DNA of 64,000 nt from Squalus acanthias (lineage: Eukaryota), in NCBI GenBank assembly GCA_030390025.1, contig CM059438.1, forward strand, positions 56,050,001 through 56,114,000, given 5' to 3'. The translations under genes and the position numbers were made by a program. Below the pieces are notes generated by a model. The model had not been told where the DNA came from and made no database searches. It saw only the letters and a list, made by a program, of their open reading frames with translations. How positions within the stretch are numbered: position 1 is the stretch's first letter; each line of letters begins with the position of its first letter. Below are positions 14,781-28,172 of this stretch, piece after piece.

Positions 14781-15703
14781 GGGGGTTATTTTGGTGCAAG
14801 TGTGAAAACAGGCGCTAAATGGGTGCGGTGCTAATGAGGCACGCCTGTTTGAAAGTCTGGTTTTAGCTGCAATTTTGGTCCTAATTGCTGATTACCATAA
14901 TTTGAATTTGCTTGGAGGCTAAAACAGACACCTGCAGGTTTAGCATTCAAGCGCTGATTAGACGATATTTTCGTGGAGCACTGTATGTGGGCTCCACGCA
15001 CCCACTTCCACTGAAGGTGTGGAGTGGGCTGGCTGACAGATAGCAGCAGGTTTCAGGATGGATCAGGGACCGAGTGAGTGGGCGTACATGTTCTCAGACG
15101 CAGCAGCCTTCCTGTCCCCCTCTCCTGCAGCAGTTGGTGCTGCTCTGCCTGGCCTCGTATCCTCCTCCCATTCCTCCTCCAGACCAAGTGGGACCCCTAG
15201 CTAGATGCCCGTGACAAAGCACTCCCTTTCTCCTGGTGACTCCTATAAGGTGTCCAATAAGGTCGAGTAGCACAGCACTCGCTCTCTTTAGGTGAAGTCC
15301 TCAGAGAATTTCCGAATAAATGTTGATAGAGTGTTGGTGAAGTCTTGACAAAGAGTCCCAGAAAGTCTCCCAATGTGTTTCCAAAGCCCTCTTCAAACCT
15401 CCAGCAGCAAGTGAACAGTAAAAGGTGATACAGGTTTCAGTCGCGCAACAACGTGTTTACTCCAATCAGCAGGTCGCTGTGAGGAGAGGGCGTTAAAAAG
15501 CGCTCGCCACCAAAATGCCGTGCAGCCTCGTTAATGAGCGCTGGCAGGCAATTTAATTGTCAATCAGCCCCTTAACGATCCTCGGGCGGCCGTTCCTAGC
15601 GCCCGCTTCAACTCCTTCACCAAGATGGCGCCTTGCATTAAATGAGGGATAAACTGATGTTTCAGCTCAAGAGCGTCTAAAGTATTTGGCCAAAATCGCC
15701 CCC
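14781..15703. mobile_element. Probable non-autonomous Harbinger-type element
   Basis: Left end gggggttattttgg versus reverse complement of right end gggggcgattttgg (12/14). Same GGGGG-start TIR style as 51271-56956. Flanks tct/tca give only an imperfect TSD. Confidence 0.5.
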
Positions 15704-16049
15704 TCAATCTCCACATAAACTGTGACCAACACAAGCATGTGCCTTGCGAATCAGACTCCCTCCATGGAGAACGGGCAATGGGTCGACAAGGTGTGCAAGA
15801 ATCACCTTGGCAGCTTGGAATATTTACAGGTTTTTTGCAAACAGTAGGAAAGTTTTCTTCTTTTGCACTGCTGGTACTGAGCTTCACACACGGGAAAGGC
15901 ATTCGGGAAGACTGGGCGTGGACCATTCCTGTTAGAAACACTAGTTGGATGAAGCATACCTGATTCTCCGAGGGCAGCTCAGAGATTGGCACCACGTGTA
16001 CTTTAGAGGCTAGGTTACGGGATGGATCTTCACCTGGTGAATAAGCGGC

Positions 16050-16700
16050 ACAAATGTCCAGAGCTACAGCAGGAGAAAGGATGTCACAGGTGCCAACTCA
16101 CCGAAGGGTGAGTTCACACACTAGCTCTGCTCCAGAGCGCTCAGATGCTGTCTTCACAGGCCCAAATTACCAAAGAAGGCAGATGGGTATATAGTGCGAA
16201 ATGCGAGGTGCACTGGGCAGCCAATGTCACAGAGCATGGAGGAGTTCAGCTTCAACTTGTCTCAAGGCTTTGCGCAGAGTGTGGAGACCATCTGTCCAAC
16301 ACGGACCGAGTGGTCATCTCCATTAACACCACAGTGGCACCCACCCCAGAGTGCTGAGGTCCAGTCCCAGGAGAGCGGCCTTGGCTCCATGGGAGAGGCA
16401 CCTGTTGTCCTCTCTCAGGATGACAACTTGCCTGCTCCCCTACTAACCACTCCGTCAGTGCCCTTGTCAGTACCACACAGCCAGCTGGGCCAGACTGCCC
16501 GGCCCGGCCCAGGCCCAGGCCCAGGCCCAGGCCCAGAAGCTGAAGCCTGCTGCCGGGCCCTCAAGGCACAAAGCTGCTCGAGATCGTCCACCACGGCCAT
16601 CTGAAGTGTCCTCAATGGAACTCGCCAACCTTCCACCTCTCAAACTGCAGGAATCACCTGGTAGGAGCACTAGGATAGGTCAACGAGCACACAAGACAGG
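16050..16700 (+). pseudogene. 3' remnant of a Harbinger Myb/SANT-like gene
   Basis: gttgtcctctctcaggatgacaacttgcctgctccc (~16404) matches gctgtcctctctcaggatgacagcattcctgctccc (~53170) in the Myb gene of the full element. It is convergent with the transposase remnant, as in that element. Confidence 0.7.
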
Positions 16701-17028
16701 CACTAAGGGCTTGCACAAGGTTGATTCATAATTATTTCTGTTAACTGTTAGGTACAGATGGAATTGAATTGTTTGTTAAATTTGTTTTTTGTTTTGGATT
16801 TAGTGTTGGTGTTTATATTTGTAGTAAAGTGAAGGCAAGACCCATACGTCTGGACTGAAGGAAGGCAATTGGATGGTGGTAGTGAGGACGGTGGGATATT
16901 GTTGTACTGGGGGCGGGAGGGATGGTTTAGCTGAAGTATTCTTCCATGACCTGCTCTCTCAGCGCTCTGGAAGCTGCAAGTACGAGTGGTCGCTGCCTCT
17001 CCTGCTCTTCCTCCTCTTTATGCACCTG

Positions 17029-19733
17029 CTCCTCCTCCCCTCCTCCTCCTCCTCCACCTCCTCCTCCTCCACCTCCTCCTCCTCCTCCTCCTCCACCTCC
17101 TCCTCCTCCTCCTCCACCTCCTCCTCCTCCACCTCCTCCTCCTCCCCTCCTCCTCCTCCTCCACCTCCTCCTCCTCAAACTCCTCCTCCTCCACCTCCTC
17201 CCCCTCCTCCTCCTCTTCCTCCTCCCCTCCTCCTCCTCCTCCCCTCCTCCCCCTCCTCCTCTTCCTCCTCCACTCCTCCACCTCCTCCCCTCCTCCCCTC
17301 CTCCCCCTCCTCTTCCTCCTCCCCTCCTCCACCTCCTCCCCTCCTCCCCCTCCTCCCCCTCCTCCTCCTCCTTCACCTCGTCCCCTCCTCCCCCTCCTCC
17401 TCCTCCTCTTCCTCCTCCCCTCCTCCTCCTCCTCCCCTCCTCCACCTCCTCCCCTCCTCCCCCTCCTCCTCCTCCTCCAACTCCTCCTCCTCTTCCTCCT
17501 CCCCTCCTCCTCCTCTTCCCCTCCTCCCCTCCTCCCCACCCTCCTCCTCCTCTTCCTCCTCCCCTCCTCCACCTCCTCCCCTCCTCCCCCACCCCCTCCT
17601 CCTCCTCCACCTTCTCCACCTCCTCTTCCTCCTCCTCCTCCTCCTCTTCCTCCTCCCCTCCTCCTCCTCCTCCCCTCCTCCACCTCCTCCCCTCCTCCCC
17701 CTCCTCCTCCACCTCAACCTCCTCCTCCTCTTCCTCCTCCCCTCCTCCTCCTCCTCCCCTCCTCCACCTCCTCCCCTCCTCCCCATCCTCCTCCTCCTCT
17801 TCCTCCTCCCCTCCTCCACCTCCTCCCCTCCTCCCCCTCCCCCTCCTCCTCCTCCACCTTCTCCACCTCCTCCTCCTCCTCCTCCTCCCCTCCTCCCCCA
17901 CCTCCTCCCCTCCTCCCCCTCCTCTTCCTCCTCCCCTCCTCCCCCTCCTCTTCCTCCTCCCCTCCTCCACCTCCTCCCCTCCTCCACCTCCTTCCCTCCT
18001 CCTCCTCCTCCTCCTCCACCTTCTCCACCTCCTCCTCCTCCTCCTCCCCTCCTCCCCCTCCTCCTCCTCCTCCTCCCCTCCACCCACTCCACCTCCTCCT
18101 CCACCTCCTCCCCTCCTCCCCTCCACCCCCTCCTCTTCCTCCTCCCCTCCACCCACTCCACCTCCTCCTCCACCTCCTCCCCTCCTCCCCCTCCTCCTCC
18201 TCCTCTTCCTCCACCCCCTCCTCCTCCACCTCCTGCTCCTCCACCACCTCCTCCTCCTCCACCTCCTCCTACTCCTCATCCAACTCCTCCACCTCCTCCT
18301 CCTCCATCTCCTCCTCCTCTTCCACCTCCTCCTCCTCCTCCACATCCTCCTCCTCCTCCTCCATCTCCTCCTCCTCCACCTCCATCTCCTCCTCCTCCTC
18401 CTACTCCTCCTCCTCTTCCACCTCCTCCTCCTCCTCCATCTCCTCCTCCTCCTCCTCCATCTCCTCCACCTCCTATTCCTCCTCTTTTGCCTCCTCCTCA
18501 TCCTCCCCTCCTCCTCCTCCTCCTCCTCCTCCTCCACCTCAACCTCCTCCTCCTCCTCCTCCATCTCCTCCTCCTCCTCCTCCTCCATCTCCTCCTCCCC
18601 TCCTCCACCTCCTCCTCCTCCTCCACCCCCTCCTCCTCCACCTCCTCCTCATCCTCCACCTCCTCCTCCTCCTCCTCCAACTCCTCCACCTCCTCCTCCT
18701 CCTCCATCTCCTCCTCCTCCTCCATCTCCTCCTCCCCTCCTCCTCCTCCTGCTCCTCCTCTGCCGCCTCCTCCCCCTCCTCCTCCTCCTCCTCCTCCCCT
18801 CCTCCACCTCCTCCTCCATCTCCTCCTCCCCTCCTGCTCCTCCTCCACCTCCTCCTCCTCCTCCTCCTTCACCATCTCCTCCTCCTCCTCCTCCTCCACC
18901 TCCACTATCTCCTCCTCCTCCATCTCCTCCTCCTCCTCCTCCTCCTCCACCTCCTCCATCTTTTCCTCCTCCAACCCCCTCCTCCTCCTCCTCCACCTCC
19001 TCCTCCTCCTCCTCCACCTCCTCCTCCTCCCCTCCTCCTCCTCCTCCTCCTCCTCCACCTCCTCCTCCTCCTCCTCCACCTCCTCCTCCTCCACCTCCAC
19101 CTCCTCCCCCTGCTCCTCCTCCACCTCCTCCTCCCCCTCCTCCTCCTCCACATCCTCCTCCTCCTCTTCCTCCTCCACCATCTCCTCCTCCTCCTCCTCC
19201 CCCTCCTCCACCTCCACCTCCTCCATCTCCTCCTCCTCCTCCTCCTCCACCTCCTCCTCCACCTCCTCCTCCTCCTCCCCTCCTCCTCCTCCTCCTCCTC
19301 CTTCACCTCCTCCTCCACCTCCTCCTCCTCCATCTCCTCCTCCACCTCCTCCTCCTCCTCCATCTCCTCCTCCTTCTTCTCCTCCTCCTCCACCTCCTCC
19401 TCCTCCATCTCCTCCTCCTCCTCCAACTCCTCCTCCTCCTCCTCCTCCCCCTCCTCCCCCTCCTCCTCCTCCTCCACCTCCACCTCCTCCTCCTCCACCT
19501 CCTCCTCCTCCATCTCCTCCTCCTCCTCCATCTCCTCCTCCTCCTCCCCCTCCTCCTCCAGCTCCTCCTCCTCCATCTCCTCCTCCAGCTCCACCTCCTC
19601 CTCCTCCTCCATCCTCCTCCTCCTCCTCCTCCATCTCCTCCTCCTCCTCCACCTCCTCCTCCTCCTCCTCCTCCACCTCCTCCTCCTCCTCCACCTCCTC
19701 CCCCTGCTCCTCCTCCACCTCCTCCTCCCCCTC

Positions 19734-19764
<31 letters not shown>

Positions 19765-22700
19765 TCCTCCACCATCTCCTCCTCCTCCTCCTCCCCCTCC
19801 TCCACCTCCACCTCCTCCATCTCCTCCTCCTCCTCCTCCTCCACCTCCTCCTCCACCTCCTCCTCCTCCTCCCCTCCTCCTCCACCTCCTCCTCCTTCAC
19901 CTCCTCCTCCACCTCCTCCTCCTCCATCTCCTCCTCCACCTCCTCCTCCTCCTCCATCTCCTCCTCCTTCTTCTCCTCCTTCACCTCCTCCTCCATCCTC
20001 CTCCTCCTCCATCTCCTCCTCCTCCCCCTCCTCCTCCTCCTCCTCCTCCTCCTCCTCCACCTCCACCTCCTCCTCCTCCACCTCCTCCTCCTCCATCTCC
20101 TCCTCCTCCTCCATCTCCTCCTCCTCCTCCCCCTCCTCCTCCAGCTCCTCCTCCTCCATCTCCTCCTCCAGCTCCACCTCCTCCTCCTCCTCCATCTCCT
20201 CCTCCACCTCCTCCTCCTCCATCTCCTCCTCCTCCTCCACCTCCTCCTCCTCCTCCTCCTCCACCTCCTCCTCCTCCTCCATCTCCTGCTCCCCTCCTCC
20301 TCCTCCTCCCCCTCCTCCTCCTCCACCTCCTCCTCCTCCTCCTCTTCCACCTCCTCCTCCTCCTCCTCCTCCTCCACCTCCTCCTCCTCCATCTCCTCCT
20401 CCTCCTCCTCCTCTTCCACCTCCTCCTCCTCCTCCCCCTCCCCCTCCTCCTCCTCCATCTCCTCCTCCACCTCCCCCTCCTCCTCCAGCTCCTCCTCCTC
20501 CTCCCCTCCTCCTCCTCCTCCTCCCCCTCCTCCTCCTGCACCTCCTCCTCTTCCACCTCCTCCTCTTCCACCTCCTCCTCCTCCTCCACCTCCTCCTCCT
20601 CCATCTCGTCCTCCTCCACCTCCTCCTCCTCCTCCATCTCCTCCTCCTCCTCCTCCATCTCCTCCTCCTCCTCCTCCCCCTCCTCCTCCTCCACCTCCCC
20701 CTCCTCCTCCTCTTCCACCTCCTCTTCCTCCTCCTCCTCCACCTCCTCCTCCTCCATCTCCTCCTGCTCCTCCATCTCCTCCTCCTCCTCCTCCTCTTCC
20801 ACCACCTCCTCCTGCTCCCCCTCCCCCTCCTCCTCCTCCATCTCCTCCTCCTCCTCCACCTCCTCCTCCTCCTCCATCTCCTCCTCCACCTCCTCCTCCA
20901 CCTCCTCCTCCTCCTCCTCCAGCTCCTCCTCCTCCACGTCCACCTCCTCCTCCTCCTCCTCCTCCTCTCCTCCTCCTCCTCCCCCTCCTCCTCCTCCTCC
21001 TCCAACTCCTCCTCCTCCTCCTCCTCCTCCCCTCCTCTACCCTCCTCCTTCACCTCCATCTCCTCCTCCTCCTCTTCCACCTCCTCCTCCTACTCCTCTT
21101 CCACCTCCTCCTCCTCCTCCTCCACCTCCTCCTCCTCCATCTCCTCCTCCTCCTCCATCTCCTCCTCCTCCTCCTCCTCTTCCACCTCCTTCTCCTCCTC
21201 CTCCTCCTCCCCCTCCTGTTCCACCTCCTCCTCCTCCATCTCCTCCTCCTCCTCCACCTCCTCTTCCTCCACCTCCTCCTCCCCCTCCTCCTCCTCCTCC
21301 TCCTCCCTCTCCTCCTCCTCCTCCACCTCCTCCTCCTCCACCTCCTCCTCCCCCTCCTCCCCTCATCCTCCTCCTCCTCCCCTCCTCCTCCTCCTCCTCC
21401 ACCTCCTCCTCCTCCATCTCCTCCTCCTCCTCCACCTCCTTCTCCTCCATCTCCTCCTCCTCCTCCTCCTCTTCCTCCTCCTCCACCTCCTCCTCCTCCA
21501 TCTCCTCCTCCTCCTCCTCCTCCTCTTCCACCTCCTCCTCCTCCTCCTCCTCCTCCTCCTCCCCTCCTCCTCTTCCACCTCCTCCTCCTCCTCCTCCATC
21601 TCCTCCTCCTCCTCCTCCATCTCCTCCTCCATCTCCTCCTACTCCTCCTCCTCCTCCACCTCCATCTCCTCCTCCTCCTCTTCCACCTCCTCCTCCTCCT
21701 CCACCTCCTCCTCCTCCATCTCCTCCTCCTCCTCCTCCTCCTCCTCCTTCTCCACCTCCTCCTCCTCCATCTCCTCCTCCTCCTCCCCTCCTCCTCCTCC
21801 ACCTCCTCCTCCTCCTCCTCCATCTCCTCCTCCACCTCCTCCTCCTCCATCTCCTCCTCCATCTCCTCCTCCTCCTCCTCCTCCTCCTCTTCCACCTCCT
21901 CCTCCACCTCCTCCTCCTCCTCCATCTCCTCCTCCCCCTCCTCCTCCTCCTCCTCCAACTCCTCCTCCTCCTCCATCTCCTCCTCCTCCTCCTCCAGCTC
22001 CTCCTCCTCCTCATCCATCTCCTCCTGCATCTCCTCCTCCTCCTCCAGCTCCTCCTCCTCCTCCATTTCCTCCTACAGCTCCACCACCTCCTCCTCCTCC
22101 ATCTCCTCCTCCACCTCCTCCGCCTCCATCTCCTCCTCCTCCTCCTCCACCACCTCCTTCTCCTCCTCCAACTCCTCCTCCTCCATCTTGTCCTCCTCCA
22201 CCTCCTCCTCCTCCTCCATCTCCTCCTCCCCTCCTCCTCCTCCTCCTCCTCCTCCCCCTCCTCCTCCTCCACCTCCTCCTCTTCCACCTCCTCCTCCTCC
22301 TCCTCCACCTCCTCCATCTCCTCGTCCTCCTCCTCCATCTCCTCCTCCTCCTCCTCCTCCACCTCCTCCTCCTCCTCCATCTCCTCCTCCCCTCCTCCTC
22401 CTCCACCTCCTCCTCCTCCTCCTCTTCCACCTCCTCCTCCACCTCCTCCTCCTCCCCCTCCTCCTCCTCCATCTCCTCCTCCTCCTCCATCTCCTCCTCC
22501 TCCTCCTCTTCCACCATCTCCTCCTGCTCCCCCTCCCCCTCCTCCTCCTCCATCTCCTCCTCCTCCTCCACCTCCTCCTCCTCCATCTCCTCCTCCACCT
22601 CCTCCTCCACCTCCTCCTCCTCCCCTCCTCCTCCAGCTCCTCCTCCTCCACGTCCACCTCCTCCTCCTCCTCCTCCTCCTCCTCCTCCCCTTCTCCTCCT

Positions 22701-25700
22701 CCTCCTCCTCCTCCCCCTCCTCCTCCTCCTCCTCCAACTCCTCCTCCTCCTCCTCCTCCTCCCCTCCTCCTCCTCCTCCTCCTCCTTCACCTCCATCTCC
22801 TCCTCCTCCTCTTCCACCTCCTCCTCCTCCTCCTCCTCTTCCACCTCCTCCTCCTCCTCCTCCACCTCCTCCATCTCCTCCTCCTCCTCCATCTCCTCCT
22901 CCTCCTCTTCCACCTCCTTCTCCTCCTCCTCCTCCTCCCCCTCCTGCTCCACCTCCTCCTCCTCCATCTCCTCCTCCTCCTCCACCTCCTCCTCCTCCAC
23001 CTCCTCCTCCCCCTCCTCCTCCTACTCCTCCTCCCTCTCCTCCTCCTCCTCCACCTCCTCCTCCTCCACCTCCTCCTCCCCCTCCTCCTCCTCCTCCTCC
23101 CCTCATCCTCCTTCTCCTCCCCTCCTCCTCCTCCTCCTCCTCCTCTTGCACCTCCTCCTCCACCTACTCCTCCTCCATCTCCTCCTCCACCTCCTCCTCC
23201 TCCTCCACCTCCTCCTCCTTCTCCTCCCCCTCCTCCTCCAGCTCCTCCTCCTCCTCCTCCATCTCCTCCTCCTCCTCCTTCTCCACCTCCTCCTCCACCT
23301 CCTCCTCCACCTCCTCCTCCTCCATCTCCTCCTCCTCCCCTCCTCCTCATCCTCCTCCTCCTCCCCTCCTCCTCCTCCTCCTCCCCTCATTCTCCTCCTC
23401 CTCCCCTCCTCCTCCTCCTCCTCCTCCTCCTCCTCTTCCACCTCCTCCTCCTCCTCCTCCTCCTCCCCTCCTCCTCCTCCACCTCCTCCTCCTCCTCCTC
23501 CATCTCCTCCTCCTCCTCCTCCTCCTCCATCTCCTCCTCCATCTCCTCCTCCTCCTCTTCCACCTCCTCCTCCACCTCCTCCTCCTCCTCCATCTCCTCA
23601 TCCACCTCCTCCTCCTCCTCCACCTCCTCCTCCTCCTCCTCCTCCCCCTCCGGCTCCACCTCCTCCTCCTCCACCTCCTCCTCCTCCTCCTCCTCCTCCC
23701 CTCCTCCTCGTCCTCCTTCTCCTCCTCCCCCTCCTCCTCCTCCTCCTCCAACTCCTCCTCCTTCTCCTCCTCCTCCCCTCCTCCTCCTCCTCCTCCACCT
23801 CCATCTACTCCTCCTCCTCTTCCACCTCCTCCTCCTCCTCCACCTCCTCCTCCTCCATCTCCTCCTCCTCCTCCTCCTTCTCCACCTCCTCCTCCTCCAT
23901 CTCCTCCTCCTCCCCTCCTCCTCCTCCTCATCCTCCTCCTCCTCCACCTCCTCCTCCTCCATCTCCTCCTCCTCCTCCTCCTCCTCCTCCATCTCCTCCT
24001 CCTCCTCCTCCTCCTCCTCCTCTTGCACCTCCTCCTCCACCTACTCCTCCTCCATCTCCTCAACCACCTCCTCCTCCTCCTCCACCTCCTCCTCCTTCTC
24101 CTCCCTCTCCTCCTCCAGCTCCTCCTCCTCCTCCTCCATCTCCTCCTCCTCCTCCTTCTCCTCTTCCTCCTCCTCCTCCTCCTCCTCCATCTCCTCCTCC
24201 TCGCCTCCTCCTCCTCCTCCTCCACCTCCTCCTCCTCCATCTCCTCCTCCTCCTCCTCCTCTTCCACCTCCTCCTCCTCCTGCTCCTCCCCTCCTCCCCC
24301 TCCCCCTCCTCCTCCTCCTCCTCCATCCCCTCCTCCTCCTCCTCCTCCTCCTCCATCTCCTCATCCACCTCCTTCTCCTTCTCCACCTCCTCCTCCTCCT
24401 CCTCCCCCTCCTCGTCCGGCTACTCCTCCTCCTCCTCCACCACCTCCTCCTCCTCCTCCACCTCCTCCCCTCCTCCACCTCCTCCTCCTCCTCCTCCCCC
24501 TCCTCGTCCGGCTCCTCCTCCTCCACCTCCTCCTTCTCCACCTCCTCCTCCTCCATCTCCTCCTCCTCCCCTCCTCCTCCTTCTCATCCTCCTCCTCCTA
24601 CTCCACCTCCTCCTCCTCCTTCTCCTCCTCCTCCTCCTCTTCCACCTCCTCCTCCACCTCCTCCTCCTCCTCCATCTCCTCATCCACCTCCTCCTCCACC
24701 TCCTCCTCCTCCTCCTCCTCCCCCTCCGGCTCCTCCTCCTCCTCCTCCACCTCCTCCTCCTCCTCCTCCTCCTCCTCCCCTCCTCCTCGTCCTCCTTCTC
24801 CTCCTCCCCTTCCTCCTCCTCCTCCTCCAACTCCACCTCCTTCTCCTCCTCCTCCCTTCCTCCTCCTCCTCCTCCACCTCCATCTACTCCTCCTCCTTTT
24901 CCTCCTCCTCCTCCTCCACCTCCTCCTCCTCCATCTCCTCCTCCTCCTCCTCCTTCTCCACCTCCTCCTCCTCCATCTCCTCCTCCTCCCCTCCTCCTCC
25001 TCCTCGTCCTCCTCCTCCTCCACCTCCTCCTCCTCCATCTCCTCCTCCTCCTCCTCCTCCTCCATCTCCTCCTCCATCTCCTCCTCCTCCTCCTCCTCCT
25101 CTTGCACCTCCTCCTCCACCTACTCCTCCTCCATCTCCTCCTCCTCCTCCTCCTCCTCCACCTCCTCCTCCTTCTCCTCCCTCTCCTCCTCCAGCTCCTC
25201 CTCCTCCTCCATCTCCTCCTCCTCCTCCTTCTCCTCTTCCTCCTCCTCCTCCTCCATCTCCTCCTCCTCCCCTCCTCCTCCTCCTCCTCCACCTACTCCT
25301 CCTCCATCTCCTCCTCCTCCTCCTCCTCTTCCACCTCCTCCTCCTCCTGCTCCTCCCCTCCTCCCCTCCCCCTCCTCCTCCTCCATCCCCTCCTCCTCCT
25401 CCTCCTCCTCCTCCTCCATCTCCTCCTCCTCCTCCTCTTCCACCTCCTCCTCCACCTCCTCCTCCTCCTCCTCCTCCTCCTCCTCCTCCTCCTCCATCCC
25501 CTCCTCCTCCTCCTCCTCCTCCTCCTCCATCTCCTCCTCCTCCTCCTCTTCCACCTCCTCCTCCACCTCCTCCTCCTCCTACATCTCCTCATCCACCTCC
25601 TTCTCCTTCTCCACCTCCTCCTCCTCCTCCTCCCCCTCCTCGTCCGGCTACTCCTCCTCCTCCTCCACCACCTCCTCCTCCTCCTCCACCTCCTCCCCTC

Positions 25701-27626
25701 CTCCACCTCCTCCTCCTCCTCCTCCCCCTCCTCATCCGGCTCCTCCTCCTCCACCTCCTCCTTCTCCACCTCCTCCTCCTCCATCTCCTCCTCCTCCCCT
25801 CCTCCTCCTTCTCATCCTCCTCCTCCTACTCCACCTCCTCCTCCTCCATCTCCTCCTCCTCCTCCTCCTCCTCCTCCTCCTCCTCCTCCATCTCCTCCTC
25901 CACCTCCTCCTCCTCCTCCACCTCCTCCTCCTCCTGCTCCTCCTCCAGCTCCTCCTCCTCCTCCTCCATCTCCTCCTCCTCCTCCTTCTCCTCCTCCTCC
26001 TCCATCTCCTCCTCCTCCTCTTCCACCTCCTCCTCCTCCTCCTCCTCCATCTCCTCCTCCATCTCCTCCTCCTCCTCCTCCTCCATCTCCTCCTCCATCT
26101 CCTCCTCCTCCTCCTCTTCCACCTCCTCCTCCTCCTCCTCCTCCTCCCCTCCTCCTCCTCCTCCTCCATCTCCTCCTCCTCCATCTCCTCATCCTCCTCC
26201 ATCTCCTCCTCCTCCTCCTCCTCCTCTTCCACCTCTTCCTCCTCCTCCTCCTCCCCTCCTCCTCCTCCTCCTCCTCCATCTCCTCCTCCATCTCCTCCTC
26301 CTCCTCCTCCTCCTCCTCCATCTCCTCCTCCATCTCCTCCGCCTCCTCCTCCTCCTCTTCCACCTCCTCCTCCTCCTCCTCCTTCTCCTCCTCCATCTCC
26401 TCCTCCATCTCCTCCTCCATCTCCTCCTCCTCCTCCAGCTCCTCCTCCTCCTCCATCTCCTCCTCCATCTCATCCTCCTCCTCCAGCTCCTCCTCCTCCT
26501 CCATCTTCTCCTCCTCCTCCAGCTCCTCCTCCTCCTCCATCTCCTCCTCCACCTCCTCCATCTCCTCCTCCTCCTCCTCCTCCACCTCCTCCTCCTCCTC
26601 CTCCAGCTCCTCCTCCTCCATCTCCTCCTCCTCCTCCTCCTCCACCTCCTCCTCCTCATCCTCCAGCTCCTCCTCCTCCATCTCCTCCTCCTCCTCCTCC
26701 TCCTCCTCCTCCACCTCCTCCTCCTCCTCCATCTCCTCCTCCCCTCCACCTCCTCCTCCTCCTCCTCCCCCTCCTCCTCCTCCTCCATCTCCTCCTCCAT
26801 CTCCTCCTCCTCCTCCAGCTCCTCCTCCTCCTCCATCTCCTCCTCCACCTCCTCCTCCTCCTCCTCCTCCCCCTCCTCCTCCTCCTCCATCTCTTCCTCC
26901 ATCTCCTCCTCCTCCTCCATCTCCTCCTCCTCCTCCTCCTCTTCCTCTTCCACCTCCTCCTCCTCCTCCTCCTCCTCCTCCCCCTCATCCTCCACCTCCT
27001 CCTCCTCCATCTCCTCCTCCTCCTCCACCTCCTCCTCCTCCTCCATCTCCTCCTCCACCACCTCCTCCTCCTCCTCCTCCAGCTCCTCCTCCTCCTCCTC
27101 CTCCTCCACCTCCTCCTCCTCCTCCACCTCCTCCTCCTGCTCCTCCTCCTCCTCCCCTCATCCTCCTCCCCTCCACCTCCTCCTCCTCCTCCTCCACCTC
27201 CTCCTCCTCCATCTCCTCCTCCTCCTCCTCCTCCTCCTCCTCCATCTCCTCCTCCTCCTCCTCCTCCTCTTCCACCTCCTCCTCCTCCTCCTCCTCTCCT
27301 CCTACTCCACCTCCTCGTCCTCCTCCTCCATCTTCTCCTCCTCCTCCTCCTCTTCCACCTCCTCCTCCTCCTCCTCCTCCACCTCCTCCTCCTCCTCCTC
27401 CATCTCCTCCTCCATCTCCTCCTTCTCCTCCTTCTCCTCCTCCTCCATCTCCTCCTCCATCTCCTCCTCCTCCTCCTCCTCCTCTTCCACCTCCTCCTCC
27501 TCCTCCTCCTCCACCTCCTCCTCCTCCTATCCATCTCCTCCTCCATCTCCTCCTCCATCTCCTCCTCCTCCTCCTCCTCCATCTCCTCCTCCATCTCCTC
27601 CTCCTCCTCCTCCTCCTCCATCTCCT
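17029..27626. repeat. ~10.6-kb interrupted (CCT)n/(GAG)n polypyrimidine-polypurine tract
   Basis: Read directly: CCT runs interrupted by A, AT, CC, TT and rarer G-containing variants. Confidence 0.98.
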
Positions 27627-27782
27627 GCTCCTGCACTTGTTCAGCCCAGGCGGTGGTCAGGGCTGCTCCCTCATGATGACAAAGTTGTGGAGCATGCAGC
27701 AGATGCGCACAAATCTGGATACCCGCTCATGGGTTTACTGCAAAGCTCCCCCTGAATGGTCCAGGCAGGACAGCATTGCTTT

Positions 27783-28172
27783 TGGCTCAGTCGTAGCATT
27801 CCCGCCACTGGGCCAGAAGGTGTAGGGTTTGATCCCCACTCCAGACAGTCCCGCCACTGGGCCAGAAGGTGCAGGGTTTGAACCTCACTCCAGACAGTCC
27901 CGGCGAGTGGAGTTGGAGCTCCCGCTTTCGATTCTGGGTTGACATCCAGCGGGATACTCATGTCCGGTGGGTGTGCGTGGCCCCCCCTCATCGTATGGGT
28001 TGTGGGAGCCCATAAAACCCTCCCGCCATATCGGACTGACCCCCCATGGGATGGTATAAAGATGGTTACGGCCATGGAAGGAGTGTTAACGCAGCCAGAC
28101 AGCCTGTTAATCAGCCTGAAAATCCATCCACTACTTCACACCAAAGGAAACAGTGAGAAGACATGAAAGGAA
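27783..28172 (+). mobile_element. tRNA-derived SINE with a ~48-bp duplication in its head, inserted in the transposase remnant
   Basis: A-box-like tggctcagtcgt; B-box-like ggtttgatccc and ggtttgaacct in the duplicated segment; purine-rich tail; imperfect flanking repeat agc(a/c)ttgctt at 27772 and 28175. Confidence 0.6.

Noticed and set aside
16873..27825. Three ORFs of ~3600 aa rich in Pro/Ser/Leu (extensin- or formin-like)
   Set aside because: CCT repeats lack stop codons in all frames, residue runs switch at indels, and the flanks are a minus-strand transposase.
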